Below are positions 50,352 through 63,204 of a stretch of 64,000 nucleotides of DNA, piece by piece. The notes beneath the pieces are model-generated. The model searched no databases and was not told the origin of the DNA. It saw only the letters and a list, made by a program, of their open reading frames with translations. How positions within the stretch are numbered: position 1 is the first letter of the stretch; each line of letters opens with the position of its first letter. The DNA comes from Squalus acanthias (Eukaryota): assembly GCA_030390025.1 (NCBI GenBank), contig JASTWF010000354.1, positions 186,001 to 250,000 of the forward strand. Direction: 5' to 3'. A program made the translations under genes and the position numbers.

Positions 50352-51046
50352 TTGAGGGAAGATCGATGGGTCGTTGAGGGAAGATCGATGGGTCGTTGAG
50401 GGAAGATCGATGGGTCGTTGAGGGAAGATCGATGGGTCGTTGAGGGAAGATCGATGGGTCGTTGAGGGAAGATCGATGGGTCGTTGAGGGAAGATCGATG
50501 GGTCGTTGAGGGAAGATCGATGGGTCGTTGAGGGAAGATCGATGGGTCGTTGAGGGAAGATCGATGGGTCGTTGAGGGAAGATCGATGGGTCGTTGAGGG
50601 AAGATCGATGGGTCGTTGAGGGAAGATCGATGGGTCGTTGAGGGAAGATCGATGGGTCGTTGAGGGAAGATCGATGGGTCGTTGAGGGAAGATCGATGGG
50701 TCGTTGAGGGAAGATCGATGGGTCGTTGAGGGAAGATCGATGGGTCGTTGAGGGAAGATCGATGGGTCGTTGAGGGAAGATCGATGGGTCGTTGAGGGAA
50801 GATCGATGGGTCGTTGAGGGAAGATCGATGGGTCGTTGAGGGAAGATCGATGGGTCGTTGAGGGAAGATCGATGGGTCGTTGAGGGAAGATCGATGGGTC
50901 GTTGAGGGAAGATCGATGGGTCGTTGAGGAAGATCGATGGGTCGTTGAGGGAAGATCGATGGGTCGTTGAGGGAAGATCGATGGGTCGTTGAGGGAAGAT
51001 CGATGGGTCGTTGAGGGAAGATCGATGGGTCGTTGAGGGAAGATCG
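50352..51046. repeat. Almost perfect 22-bp minisatellite (TGAGGGAAGATCGATGGGTCGT), ~31 copies
   Basis: Direct reading; one single-G deletion near 50928. Confidence 0.97.
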
Positions 51047-51097
51047 CTGCGGAGGGGAAGAGAACCAAGAACTTCGGTCCATGAAACCGCACGCACG

Positions 51098-54000
51098 GTG
51101 TCACCCATGGCTCAGCGGATAGTATCTCAGCTCTGAGTCAGAGGGCGAGGATTCGAATGCCACTCCAGATACCTGAGCGTGTAATCCAGGCCGACACTGG
51201 CAGTGCAGTACTGAGAGAGTGCTGCACTGTCAGAGGGGCAGTACTGAGGGAGCGCTGCACTATCGGAGGGGCAGTACTGAGGGAGCACCGCACTGTCGGA
51301 GGGGCAGTACTGAGGGAGCACCGCACTGTCGGAAGGGCAGTACTGAGGGAGCGCCGCACTGTCAGAAGGGCAGTACTGAGGGAGCGCTGCACTGTCGGAA
51401 GGGCAGTACTGAGGGAGCGCTGCACTGTCGGAGGGGCAGTACTGAGGGAGTGCAACACTGTTGGAATCATAGAATGTTACAGCATGGAATGAGGCCATTT
51501 CGGCCCATCGTGTCCGCGCCGGCCAACAAATACTATCCAGACTAATCCCACTTCCCAGCTCTTGGTCCGTAGCCCTGCAGGTTACAGCATCCCAAGTGCA
51601 CATCCAAGTTCTTTTTAAATGTGGTTCGGGTTCCGGCCTCTACCACCCTTTCAGGCAGTGAGTTCCAGATCCCCACAACCCTCTGGGTGAAGAAATTTCC
51701 CCTCAAATCCCCTCTAAACCTTCCACCAATTACTTTAAATTTGTGCCCCCTGGTTTTTGACACCTCTGCTAAGGGAAATAGGTCCTTTCAATCCCCTTTA
51801 TCTAGGCCCCTCATAATTTTATACACCTCAATAAGGTCTCCCCTAAGCCTCCTCTGTTCCAAGGAAAACAGTCCCAGCCTATCCAGTCTTTCCTCATATC
51901 GAAGATTCTCTACTCCCGGCAACATCCTTGTAAATCTTCTCTGTACCCTCTCTAGTGCAATCACATCTTTCCTGTAATGTGGTGACCAGAACTGCACGCA
52001 GTACTCTAGCTGAGGCCTAACTAGTGTTTTATACAGTTGAAGCATAACCCCCCCTGCTCTTGTATTCTATGCCACGGCTAATAAAGGCAAGCATTCCGTA
52101 TGCCTTCTTAACTACCTTAACGACCTGGCCTGCTACCTTCAGGGATCTGTGGACATGCACTCCAAGGTCCCTTTCTTCCTCTACACTACTCAGTGTCCTA
52201 CCATTTAATGTGTATTCCCTTTCCTTGTTAGCCCTCCTCAATTGCATTACCTCACACTTCTCCGGATTGAATTCCATTTGCCACTGTTCTGCCCACCTGA
52301 CCAATTTATTGATATCTTCCTGCAGTCTACAGCTTCCTTCTTCAGTATCAACCACACAGCCGATTTTACTACCATCTGAAAACTTCTTAATCATACCCCC
52401 TATATTCAAGTCTAGATCATTGATATATACCACAAAAAGCAAGGGACCTAGTACTGGGCCCTGCGGAACCCCACTGGAAACAGCCTTCCAGTCACAAAAA
52501 CACCCATCAACCATTAACCTCTGCTTCCTGCCTCCAAGCCAGTTTTGAATCCAACTTGACACTTTGCCCTGGATCCCATGGGCTTTAAACTTCATTATCA
52601 GTCTGCCATGTGGAACTTTATCAAAGCTTTGCTAAAGTCCATATACACTACATCAAATACACTACCCTCATCTACCCTCCTTGTTACCTCCTGAAAAATT
52701 TCAATCAAGTTTGTCAGACACGACCTTCCCTTAACAAATCCGTGCTGACTATCCTTGATTAATCCGTGTTTTTCTAAATGAAGATTTATCCTGTCCTTCA
52801 GAATTCTTTCCAATAATTTTCCCACCACCGAGGTTAAGCTGACTGGCCTGTAATTACTCGGTCTATCCTTTTCTCCCTTTTTAGCCTCTGCTATTTCCTC
52901 TTTTGCTTTGCTTAACACCCTGTGATACATTTCATCCGGGCCTAGGGATTTATCCACTTTTAAAGCTGCTAAACCCCTTAATACTTCCTCTCTCACTATG
53001 TTTATTTCATCTAATATTTCATCCTCCTCCCCCCTGATAGCAATGTCTGATTCGCCTCTCTCCTTTGTGAAAACAGACGCAAAGTATTAGTTAAGAACCC
53101 TACCGACGTCTCCCGCCTCCACACACAGATTACCCTCATGATCTCTAATAGGCCCTACCCTTTCTTTAGTTATCCTCTTAATCTTAATATATTTATAAAA
53201 TTTCTTTGGTTTTCCTTGATTTTACTTGCCAAGAATTTTTCATGCTCTCTCTTTGCTTTCCTAATATCATTTTTAATTGCACCCCTGCACTTTCTGTACT
53301 CCTCTAAAGATTCTGGAGAATTTAGCCCTCGGTATCTGTCATTCGCCTCCCTTTTTTTCTTTATCCTACCCTATATGTCTCGAGACATCCAGGGGGCTCT
53401 AGATTTGTTAGTCCCACCTTTTTTCTTCAAGGGCACATGTTTGGTCTGAACCCTCCGGATCTCCTCCTTGAATGCCTCCCACTGCTCTGGCACTGATTTA
53501 CCTTCAAGTAGCTGTTTCCAGTCCACTATGGCTAAATCCCCTCTGAGCTTAGCAAAATTTGCTTTTCCCCAATATAGAATTTTTATTCCTGGTCTATCCT
53601 TGTCCTTTTCCATAACTACCTTAAATCTAACAGAATTATGGTCACTTGCACCAAAATGCTCCCCCACTGATACGCCTTCTACCTGCCCAGCATCATTCCG
53701 TAAAACTAAGTCCAGAACCGCCCCCTCCCTTGTTGGGCTTGCTACATACTGGCTAAAATAGTTCTCCTGAAATGCATTTTAGGAATTCCACACCCTCTAT
53801 ACCCTTCACACTAATTTTATCCCAGTTAATATTGGGGTAGTTCAAATCCCCCACTATGACTGCCCTACAGTTTCTGCACTTATCAGAAATTTGTCTACAT
53901 ATTTGTTCTTCTATCTCCTTCTCACTGTTTGGGGGTCTGTAGTAAACTCCCAGCAGTGTGATCGGCCTTTTTTGTCAGAGGGGCTGTACTGAGGGAGTGC

Positions 54001-55485
54001 TGCACTGTCGGAGGGGCAGTATCGAGGGAGTGCTCCCCTTTCGGAGGGGCAGTACTGAGGGAACTCTACACTGTCGGAGGGTCAGTACTGAGGAAGCGCT
54101 GCACTGTCGGAGGGGCAGTACTGAGGGAGTGCTGCACAGTCAGAGGGGCAGTACTGAGGGAGCGCTGCACTGTCGGAGGGGCAGTACTGAGGGAGCGCTG
54201 CACAGTCGGACAGGCAGTACTGAGGGAACGCTGTACTGTCGGAGGGGCAGTACTGAGGGAGTGCTGCACTGTCAGAGGGGCAGTACTGAGGGAGCGCTGC
54301 ACAGTCGGACAGGCAGTACTGAGGGAACGCTGTACTGTCGGAGGGGCAGTACTGAGGGAGTGCTGCACTGTCGGAGGGTCAGTACTGAGGCAAGGCTGTA
54401 CTGTCGGAGGGGCAGTACTGAGGGAGCGCTGCACTGTCGGAGGGGCAGTACTGAGGGAGCGCTGCACTGTCGGAGGGGCTGTACTGAGGGAGCGTTGCAC
54501 TGTCGGAGGGGCAGTACTCTGGGAGCACTGCACTGTCAGAGGGGCAGTACTGAGGAAGTGCTGCACTGTCGGAGGGGCAGTACTGAGGGAGCGCTGTACT
54601 GTCGGAGGGGCTGTATTGAGGGAGTGCTGCACAGTCAGAGGGGCAGTACTGAGGGAGCGCTGTACAGTCGGACAGGCAGTACTGAGGGAGCGCTGCACAG
54701 TCGGACAGGCAGTACTGAGGGAGCGCTGCACTGTCGGACAGGCAGTACTGAGGGAGCGCTGCACTGTCGGACAGGCAGTACTGAGGGAGCGCTGCACAGT
54801 CGGAGGGGCAGTACTGAGGGAGTGCTGCACAGTCGGAGGGGCAGTACTGAGGGAGCGCTGCACAGTCGGACAGGCAGTACTGAGGGAGCGCTGCACTGTC
54901 GGAGGGGCAGTACTCAGGGAGCGCTGCACTGTCGGACAGGCAGTACTGAGGGAGCGCTGCACTGTCGGAGGGGCAGTACTGAGGGAATGCTGCACTGTCG
55001 GAGGGGCAGTACTGAGGGAGTGCTGCACTGACGGAGGGGCAGTACTGAGGGAGAGCTGCACTGTCGGAGGGGCAGTACTGAGGGAGTGTTGCAATGTCGG
55101 AGGGACAGTACTGAGGGAGTGCTGCACTGACGGAGGGGCAGTACTGAGGGAGTGCTGCACTGTCGGAGGTGCAGTCTTTTGGATGAGACTTTAAGCCGAG
55201 GCCCTGTCTGCTCCCTCAGGTGGATGAAAAGATCTCATGGCACTGTTTCGAAGAGGGGAGAGGGAGTCCTGGCCAATATTTATCCTTCAAACAACATCAA
55301 TAAAGAGCAGAATTTCTGGCTATTACCAGATTTCTGTTTGTGGGAGCTTGTTGTGCGCTTTGTGGCTGCTGCATTTCCTACATTACAACAGTGACTACAC
55401 TTCAAAGTGTTTAATTGACTGTAAAGCGCTTTGAGACGTCCTGAGTTCGTGAAAGACGCTATAGAAATGCAAGTATTTCTTTCTT
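51098..55485 (+). mobile_element. Full-length SacSINE1-like SINE with ~44 copies of the 33-bp repeat (51200-51463 and 53974-55170), split by a CR1
   Basis: Box A tggctcagcgg and box B gattcgaatgc at 51108-51160; body and tail at 55170-55485. Confidence 0.88.
51464..53972 (-). mobile_element. CR1 ORF2 fragment (2.5 kb; APE C-terminus to tail), degenerate
   Basis: GASDHNSVRF, NYRPVSLTS, SGVPQGPVLGP, RPQLEYC. Confidence 0.92.
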
Positions 55486-55487
55486 AA

Positions 55488-56372
55488 TCATTGGGTGAGT
55501 GTGGGAGTGTGAAACATTGGGTGAGTGTGGGAGTGTGAAACATTGGGTGAGTGTGGGAGTGTGAAACATTGGGTGAGTGTGGGAGAGTGAAACATTGGGT
55601 GAGTGTGGGAGTGTGAAACATTGGGTGAGTGTGGGAGTGTGTAACATTGGGTGAGTGTGGGAGTGTGAAACATTGGGTGAGTGTGGGAGTGTGAAACATT
55701 GGTTGAGTGTGGGAGTGTGAAACATTGGGTGAGTGTGGGAGTGAGAAACATTGGGTGAGTGTGGGAGTGTGAAACATTGGGTGAGTGTGGGAGTGAGAAA
55801 CATTGGGTGAGTGTGAGAGTGTGAAACATTGGGTGAGTGTGGGAGTGTGAAACATTGGGTGAGTGTGGGAGTGTGAAACATTGGGTGAGTGAGGGAGTGT
55901 GAAACATTGGTTGAGTGTGGGAGTGTGAAACATTGGGTGAGTGTGGGAGTGAGAAACATTGGGTGAGTGTGAGAGTGTGAAACATTGGGTGAGTGTGGGA
56001 GTGTGAAACATTGGGTGAGTGTGGGAGTGTGAAACATTGGGTGAGTGTGAAACATTGGGTGAGTGTAGGAGTCTGAATCATTGGGTGTGTGTGGGAGTGT
56101 GAATCATTGGGTGAGTGTGGGAGTGTGAATCATTGGGTGAGTGTGGGAGTGTGAAACATTGTGTGAGTGTAGGAGTGTGAAACATTGGGTGAGTGTGGGA
56201 GTGTGAAACATTGGGTGAGTGTGAAACATTGGGTGAGAGTAGGAGTGTAAAACATTGGGGGAGTGTGTGAGTGTGAAAGATAGGGTGAGTGTGGGAGAGT
56301 GATACATTGGGTGAGTGTGAAAGTTTGGGTGAGTGTAGGAGTGTAAAACATTGGGAGAGTGTGGGAGTGTGC
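55488..56372. repeat. 26-bp GT-rich minisatellite (CATTGGGTGAGTGTGGGAGTGTGAAA), ~34 units
   Basis: Direct reading; more degenerate toward 56372. Confidence 0.95.
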
Positions 56373-56726
56373 GGATATCCTAGAAAGAGCGCGATCTTCT
56401 GACACACACTGAACCCAGCACTGACACACTCCCTGTTCGGCCTCGGCCAGTGTTCCTGCAGACTGATTTCCGAAGCTGATATTTTGTTTGTGTTTTTCTG
56501 CATTGATCAATAACAGAAACCCAGCGGCAGCAATAAAGATCTCCCCACACTAAGGGTTCCGACAGCTGCTCCATCACTGCCAGCAAAACACACTCTGTTT
56601 CAAGCATTTATATTCCTCTCGCCCAAACTCAGCTCCCTGAACTGGAAATGACCCAAAGAATGATGAGCGGGAGAGTGAGTGAGAATAATTGGTTCATCTC
56701 AATGATTGGAGGGCAGCAGGCAGTGA

Positions 56727-57290
56727 ATCACAGAATCTCACAGCACAGGAGGAGGCCATTCGACCCATCTTGCCTGTGCCATCTCTTTGAAAGAGCTCTC
56801 CAATTAGTCCCACTCCCTGCTCTTTCCCCAGAGCTATGAAAATGTTTCCTTTTCAAGTATTTCTCCAATTCCCTTTTGAAAGTTACTATTGAATCTGCTC
56901 CCACCGCCCTTTCAGGCAGCGCATTCCAGATCACAACAACTCGCTGTAAAAACATTCTCCTCATCTCCCCTCTGGTTCTTTTGCCAATGACCTTAAATCT
57001 GTGTCCTCTGGTTACCGACCCTCCTGTCCAATAGATACAGCTTCTCCTTATTTATTCTATCAAAACCCGTCATGATTTAAACACCTCAATTAAATCTTCT
57101 CTTAACCTTCACTGCTCTAAGGAGAGCAATACCAGCTTCTCCAATCTCTCCACATAACTGAAGTCCCTCATCCCTGGCACCATGCTGGTAAATCTCCTCC
57201 ACCCTCTCCAAGGCCTTGACATCCTTCCTAAAGTGTGGTGCACAGAATTGGCCACAATACTCCAGCTGGGGACAGACCAGTCATTTATAA
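56727..57290 (-). mobile_element. CR1 LINE 3' fragment
   Basis: WNALPERAV; MVPGMRDFSYVERLEKL. Confidence 0.9.
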
Positions 57291-57734
57291 AGGTTTCGCG
57301 TAACTTCCTTGCTTTTGAAAAGAAAGAGAAATATCTTCGAGCTAAAGTGAAGTCTGTACATTGCAATAAACGATGACCTACGCTCCCGATATAAATCACT
57401 GCCAGAATCTGCAATTACCCAGATTGGGCCACAATCACTCACTGATCGGCAGTGATTTCTGCTTCCCTCCAAGTCCAGGGTCATTTCCCTCGTATTGAAC
57501 TGAAGATAAAACACATCCTGCGACATGTAACTCCGTCACCCTAATTAACCCAAATTAAAGTTTAATCGTTCGATCTGCCCGTGGATTCAATGTTGCAAAA
57601 CCCAGTTAGCCTCAAATGATTATAAATGCAGATTATCTTTCACTGTCCTCCCCACATTCACTGAAGCTGGCCATGTGTGAGGGGATCGATCCCGCTCTCA
57701 AAGATTCAAAAACATCTCACTTGATGGGTCCTTC

Positions 57735-58990
57735 CTGTAACTTGAGCACAAAATCCAGGCTGACACTTCCAGTGAAGTACTGAGGGAGTGCTGCACAGTC
57801 AGAGGGGCAGTACTGAGGGAGTGCTGCACAGTCAGAGGGGCAGTACTGAGGGAGCGCTGCACAGTCAGAGGGGCAGTACTGAGGGAGCGCTGCACTGTCG
57901 GAAGGGCAGTACTGAGGGAGCGCTGCACTGTCAGAGGGGCAGTACTGAGGGAGCGCTGTACTGCCGGAGGGGCAGTACTGAGGGAGCGCTGCACTTTCGG
58001 AGGGGCAGTACTCTGGGAGCACTGCACTGTCGGAGGGGCAGTACTGAGGGAGTGCTGCACTGTCGGAGGGGCAGTACTCTGGGAGCACTGCACTGTCAGA
58101 GGGGCAGTACTGAGGAAGTGCTGCACAGTCAGAGGGGCAGTACTGAGGGAGCGCTGTACTGTCGGAGGGGCTGTATTGAGGGAGTGCTGCACAGTCAGAG
58201 GGGCAGTACTGAGGGAGCGCTGTACTGTCGGAGGGGCAGTACTGAGGGAGTGCTGCACTGTCGGAGGGGCAGTACTGAGGCAGCGCTGCACTGTCAGAGG
58301 GGCAGTACTGAGGGAGCACTGCACTGTCGGAGGGTCAGTACTGAGGGAGCGCTGTACTGTCGGAGGGGCAGTACTGAGGGAGTGCTGCACTGTCGGAGGG
58401 GCAGTACTGAGGGAGCGCTGCACTGTCGGAGGGGCTGTACTGTGGGAGCGCTGCACTGTCGGAGGGGCTGTACTGAGGGAGCGCTGCACTTTCGGAGGGG
58501 CAGTACTCTGGGAGCACTGCACTGTCGGAGGGGCAGTACTGAGGGAGTGCTGCACTGTCGGAGGGGCAGTACTCTGGGAGCACTGCACTGTCAGAGGGGC
58601 AGTACTGAGGAAGTGCTGCACAGTCAGAGGGGCAGTACTGAGGGAGCGCTGTACTGTCGGAGGGGCTGTATTGAGGGAGTGCTGCACAGTCAGAGGGGCA
58701 GTACTGAGGGAGCGCTGTACTGTCGGAGGGGCAGTACTGAGGGAGTGCTGCACTGTCGGAGGGGCAGTACTGAGGCAGCGCTGCAGTCGGATGGGCAGTA
58801 CTGAGGGAGCGCTGCACTGTAAGAGGGGCAGTACTAAGGGAGCGCTGCCCTGTCGGAGGGGCAGTACTGAGGGAGCGCTGCACTGTTGGAGGGGCATTAC
58901 TGAGGGAGCGCTGCACTGTCAGAGGTGCCGCATTACTGATGGGACGTTATAACAAAGCAACATGTGACGTCTCAGGGGGACATAAATGTC
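57735..58990 (+). repeat. SacSINE1-like fragment with ~35 copies of the 33-bp repeat, including a 495-bp (15-unit) higher-order period
   Basis: cttgagcacaaaatccaggctgacact precedes the array; variant gcactttcgg at 57991 and 58486. Confidence 0.9.
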
Positions 58991-59865
58991 ACTATTTAAA
59001 AGTAATATAATAATCTGGGATCAATGAAAGTGTCCATGAAGCTGTCGATTGTCGTAAAAACCCAACTGTTTCACGAATGTCCTTTTGAAAAGGAAACCTG
59101 CCGTCCTTACCCGGTTTACTGCTGTCCAATTACAGCCAGTTTGCCATAAAACTCCTTTTATTACTCACAGCCCACAGAGGGTGTTTGAAGCACAATTGAA
59201 CATCGCCGATCCTGATCTAGAATTCAGCGCTGGAGGTTCCGGTTGGAGAAGATTCACTAAATCAGCTCATTGTTTAAACTGCCACAAGCGATGTGAGATC
59301 ATTCAGAACAAATCTTTATCACAAAGCTCACACAACCTCAGGAACAGATCTGAAATCTCTGAAATCTAAGCCCACAAGATGGGCTCCGGATACAATGCCA
59401 ATTAGGACTTCTCCTGATTCAGTAATATTGCCGCTTTATCACACAATGGAGAAATGGGAAACACGGAGCTTCATGACCTTCGCACCGCCTCATTCCCAGA
59501 TAGAAATCCCAAATTGCCGACTATTAAGGCCTGGAATGATTTGCTGAAACGAGGCAGTGGGACCAGTGAGAGTGCTGAGCTGTAGAATGTTGTGTCCTCA
59601 CCTCTCGCTCTCCTGACCCACTGGAAATCCCCGGGAGTGTTGATTAGAAGAGCAATCATTGACCATGGAGGGCCCGCGCTGGAAGGCCATCTAACGCTGA
59701 TTATTGCAGCATATTTTCTATTCTCCACACACACAGCAGCTTTATATTGAGCAAGAGTGAGGCGCAGACAGAGTATGCCTGCAGTCTCCCCACCCAGCGG
59801 GACTGGGCGATGGGCTGCTGCTCCCTGCCCTTTCCTCCAATACTTGCTCATTAACTACAACAAAA

Positions 59866-61540
59866 AGAAAATACTGCAGATGCTGGAAATCTGAAATAAA
59901 AACAGAAAATGCTGGAGATACTCAGCAGGTCAGGCAGCATCTGTGAAGAGAGAAACAGAGTTAACGTTTCAGGTCGATGAACTTTCATCAGAACTGGAAA
60001 AAAGCAGGAAATGAAACAGATTTTTAAGCAAGTGTAGGGGCTGGGAAATGGGGGAGGGGATGAAAGAACAAAAGGGAAGGTCTGTGATACGATAGAAGGC
60101 AGGAGAGATTAAGAGACATTAAGAGATATTCAAGGCAAAAGGAGATGGTAATGGGACAGGTTAAGAAACAAAGGATGGCTCGAGATGAAGTGTGAATCGC
60201 GCTGGCAGAATGAAAGACAGCTGCCATGTGGGAGAGAAGAAAACACACAAACAAAAAGTGTGGATAAAAAATATATATAGGAAAGGGGCCGAGGTTATGA
60301 TCTGAAATTGTTGAACTCTATGTTGAGTCCAGAGGGCTGTAAAGTGACTAATCGAAAGATGAGGTGCTGTTCCTCGAGCTTACGCTGAGCTTCAGTGGAA
60401 CAGTGTAATAGGCCGAGGACGGTGAGGTCTGAGTGGGAGTGGAGTGGAGAATTAAAGTGACAGGCGACCGGAAGCTCGGGGTCCCCCTTACAGACTGAAC
60501 GGAGGTGTTCCGCAAAGCGATCACCCAATCTGCGTTTGGTCTCCCCAATGTAGAGGAGACCACATCGTGAGCAGCAAATACAGTATACTAAATTGCAAGA
60601 AGTACAAGTAAATCGCTGTTTCACCTGGAAGGGGTGTTTGGGGCCCTGGACAGTGGGAAGGGGGGGAGGTATAAGGGCATATGTTGCATCTCCTGCGCTT
60701 GCACGGGAAGGTGCCGGGCGAAGGGGAAGGGGTGCTGGGGGTGATAGAGGAGTGGGCCAGGGTGTCGCGGAGGGAGCAGTCCCTACAGATTGCTGAAAGG
60801 GGAGGTGAGGGGAAGATACGTTTGGTGGTGGGATCAGACTGGAGGTGGCGGAAATGGCGGAGGATGATCCGTTGAATGTGGAGGCTGGTGGGGTGAAAGG
60901 TGAAGACAAGGGGAACTCTATCATTGTTGCGGGAGGGAGGGGCAGGGGTGAGGGCAGAAATGCGGGAGATAGAACGGACACGGTCGGGTGCCATGTCGAC
61001 CACGGTAGAGGGGAATCCTTGGTTGAGGAAAAAGGAAGACATGTCGGAAGCACTGGTATGGAAGGGGGCATCGTCAGAGCAGATGCGGCGGAGAAGGAAA
61101 AGACTGGGAGAATGGAATAGAGTCCTTACAGGAGGCGGGGTGGGAGGAAGTGTAGTCCAGGTAGCTGTGGGAGTCAGTGGGCTTGTAGTGAATGTTTGTC
61201 AATAACCTATCCCCAGAGATGGAGACGGAGAAGTTGAGGAAGGGAAGGGAAGAGTCGGAGATGGACCATGTGAAGGTGAGGGGAGGGTGGAAAATAGAAG
61301 CAAAGTGAATGAAATTGTCTAGTTCAGGACGAGAGCAGGAAACGGCACCGATACAGTCATCAATGTATCAGAAAAAGAGGTGAGGGAGGGGACCTGAGTA
61401 GGACTGGAACAAAGTGTGTTCCACATATCCCACGAAAATGCAGGCATAGCTAGGACCCATGCGGGTTCTTTGATTTGGAGGAAGTGAGGAAGTGAGTCGA
61501 GTCAAAGGAGAAGTTGTTCAATGTGAGAACAAGTTCAGCC
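59866..61540 (-). mobile_element. Penelope-like element family B (Neptune-like), 5'-truncated and degenerate
   Basis: TRMGPSYA and YIDDCIG at ~61350-61465; PCKRRRCNIC linker; NLVYCICCSRCGLLYIGETKRRLGDRFAEH GIY-YIG; stop at 60295. Confidence 0.9.
59959..59995 (-). ncRNA. Predicted minimal hammerhead ribozyme, Penelope family B 3' UTR
   Basis: aguu-CUGAUGA-A-AGuUC-auc-GAcCU-GAAA-CG-UU^aacu; self-complementary ACGU; 4-bp stem I; one stem II mismatch. Confidence 0.75.
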
Positions 61541-62228
61541 ATTAACTGTTCCTAATGAAACAGCTCCCTCTCAGCACAAGGGTCTGGGCTTTGGGAGTCT
61601 GCAGACACAAACTGTGGGTCGCTCGCAATGAATCTCAGCAATAAACACCCACACAAAGTCCCTTCAATGCTGTGTAACCAGAGAATTGACATCTGACTCA
61701 CTGCTAAAAGGTTCAGGGCTCTTCAATTCAACATCTTCAAAGAATAATTCATAATGTTTCATCATTAATGAAAGGCAGAAACTGTCCTGAACTCAAAAGG
61801 TCACAGGAAGGAGTTGTAATCAAAGACAGACTTGCATTTCTATAGCGCCTTTCACATCCTCAGGACATCCTAAAGCGATTTACAGATAATGAAGTATTTT
61901 CGGGTGTAAATCTCGCTGATCTGGGGGACAGAATGATATATCCTGGCCTGCTCTCTGAGGGAGATTTCACAGCATTGAGACTGGGCTGGAGAGCTTCACT
62001 ACAGGAAAGCTGCTGTCTCAATACAGCTCCTCGTTCCCTGCCCCAGAGCCCAGCTTCAGACTGACCACCTTCCCCTCTCGGAATGGGAGTGGGCTCGGGG
62101 CCGGGGGGAGCAGAGGGATTTGGGGGACAGGGTCACAGCTCATTAAAGGCAGCACCTCAGGGGATAAGGCTGTGAAACAGCTCATGGAATTCTGGGTTTT
62201 ATCAGAAGAGGTGCAGAATAATCGGGGT

Positions 62229-62575
62229 TGGGTGGTGTAGGGGTTAATGGTACTGGACTGATAATCCAGGGACTGTGAGCTCAAATCCCACCCGGGCAGG
62301 TTCAGAATTTGAATTCAGTTTAGAAAATCTGGAAATAAAAACCTGGGATCAGTAAAAGTGACCATGAAGCTGTCGGATTGCTGTAAAACCCAACTGGTTC
62401 ACAATGTCCTTTGGGGAAGAAAACCTGCCGTCCTTATCCGGTCTGGGCCTATATCTGACTCCAGTCCCACACCAACCTGATTGACTCTTAACTGCCCTCT
62501 GAAGTGGCCGAGCGAGACACTCAGTTTGTATCAAACCCACTCCCAGTGGTTCAGGAAAGCGGCCCACTCCCACCT
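62229..62575 (+). mobile_element. tRNA-derived SINE (third family)
   Basis: ggtggtgtaggggttaatggtactggact...gagctcaaatccc head; body matches 49487-49730. Confidence 0.75.
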
Positions 62576-62852
62576 TAACATTGCCCACCTCCCCCTTGCT
62601 CATCGCTGCTGTAACCCTCACCCGTGACTTTGTCACCTCCAGACTCGATTACTCCAACACTCTCCCGGCCGATCTCCCATCCTCCACCCTCTTCAGCTCG
62701 TCCAAAACTCTGCTGCCCATCACCCTTGTTCCACATTGATTCCCTGTCCCTCAATACCTCATATTTAACATTCTCATCCTCCTGTTTAAACAATGTGAGT
62801 ATTGACATCGCAGTGTCAGCCAATGAGTTGGAGGCAGGGCGGGACTTATGGC

Positions 62853-63097
62853 AGAGTATATTTACTCAGCATTTAACAGAGTCTATTTACTCAGCAATCA
62901 GCAAACGGAGTCTATTTACTCAACAATCAGGAAACAGAGTCTATTTACTCAGCAATCAGTAAACAAAGTCTATTTACTCAGCAATCAGTAAACAGAGTCT
63001 ATTTACTCAGCAATCAGTAAACAGAGTCTATTTACTCAGCAATCTGTAAACAGAGTCTATTTACTCAGCAATCGGCTGAATCTATTTAAACAGAGTC
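62853..63097. repeat. 29-bp minisatellite (CAGAGTCTATTTACTCAGCAATCAGTAAA), ~8 copies
   Basis: Direct reading. Confidence 0.92.
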
Positions 63098-63204
63098 TCT
63101 CTGAGCTTCAGCATACAGAACTCCTGACCGAAGCTACAGCAAAGTCTCCTGATAAAAGCAGGATTATTTCTCCGGCAAATAAAAGTGAGTAATTGCAGTG
63201 CAGA

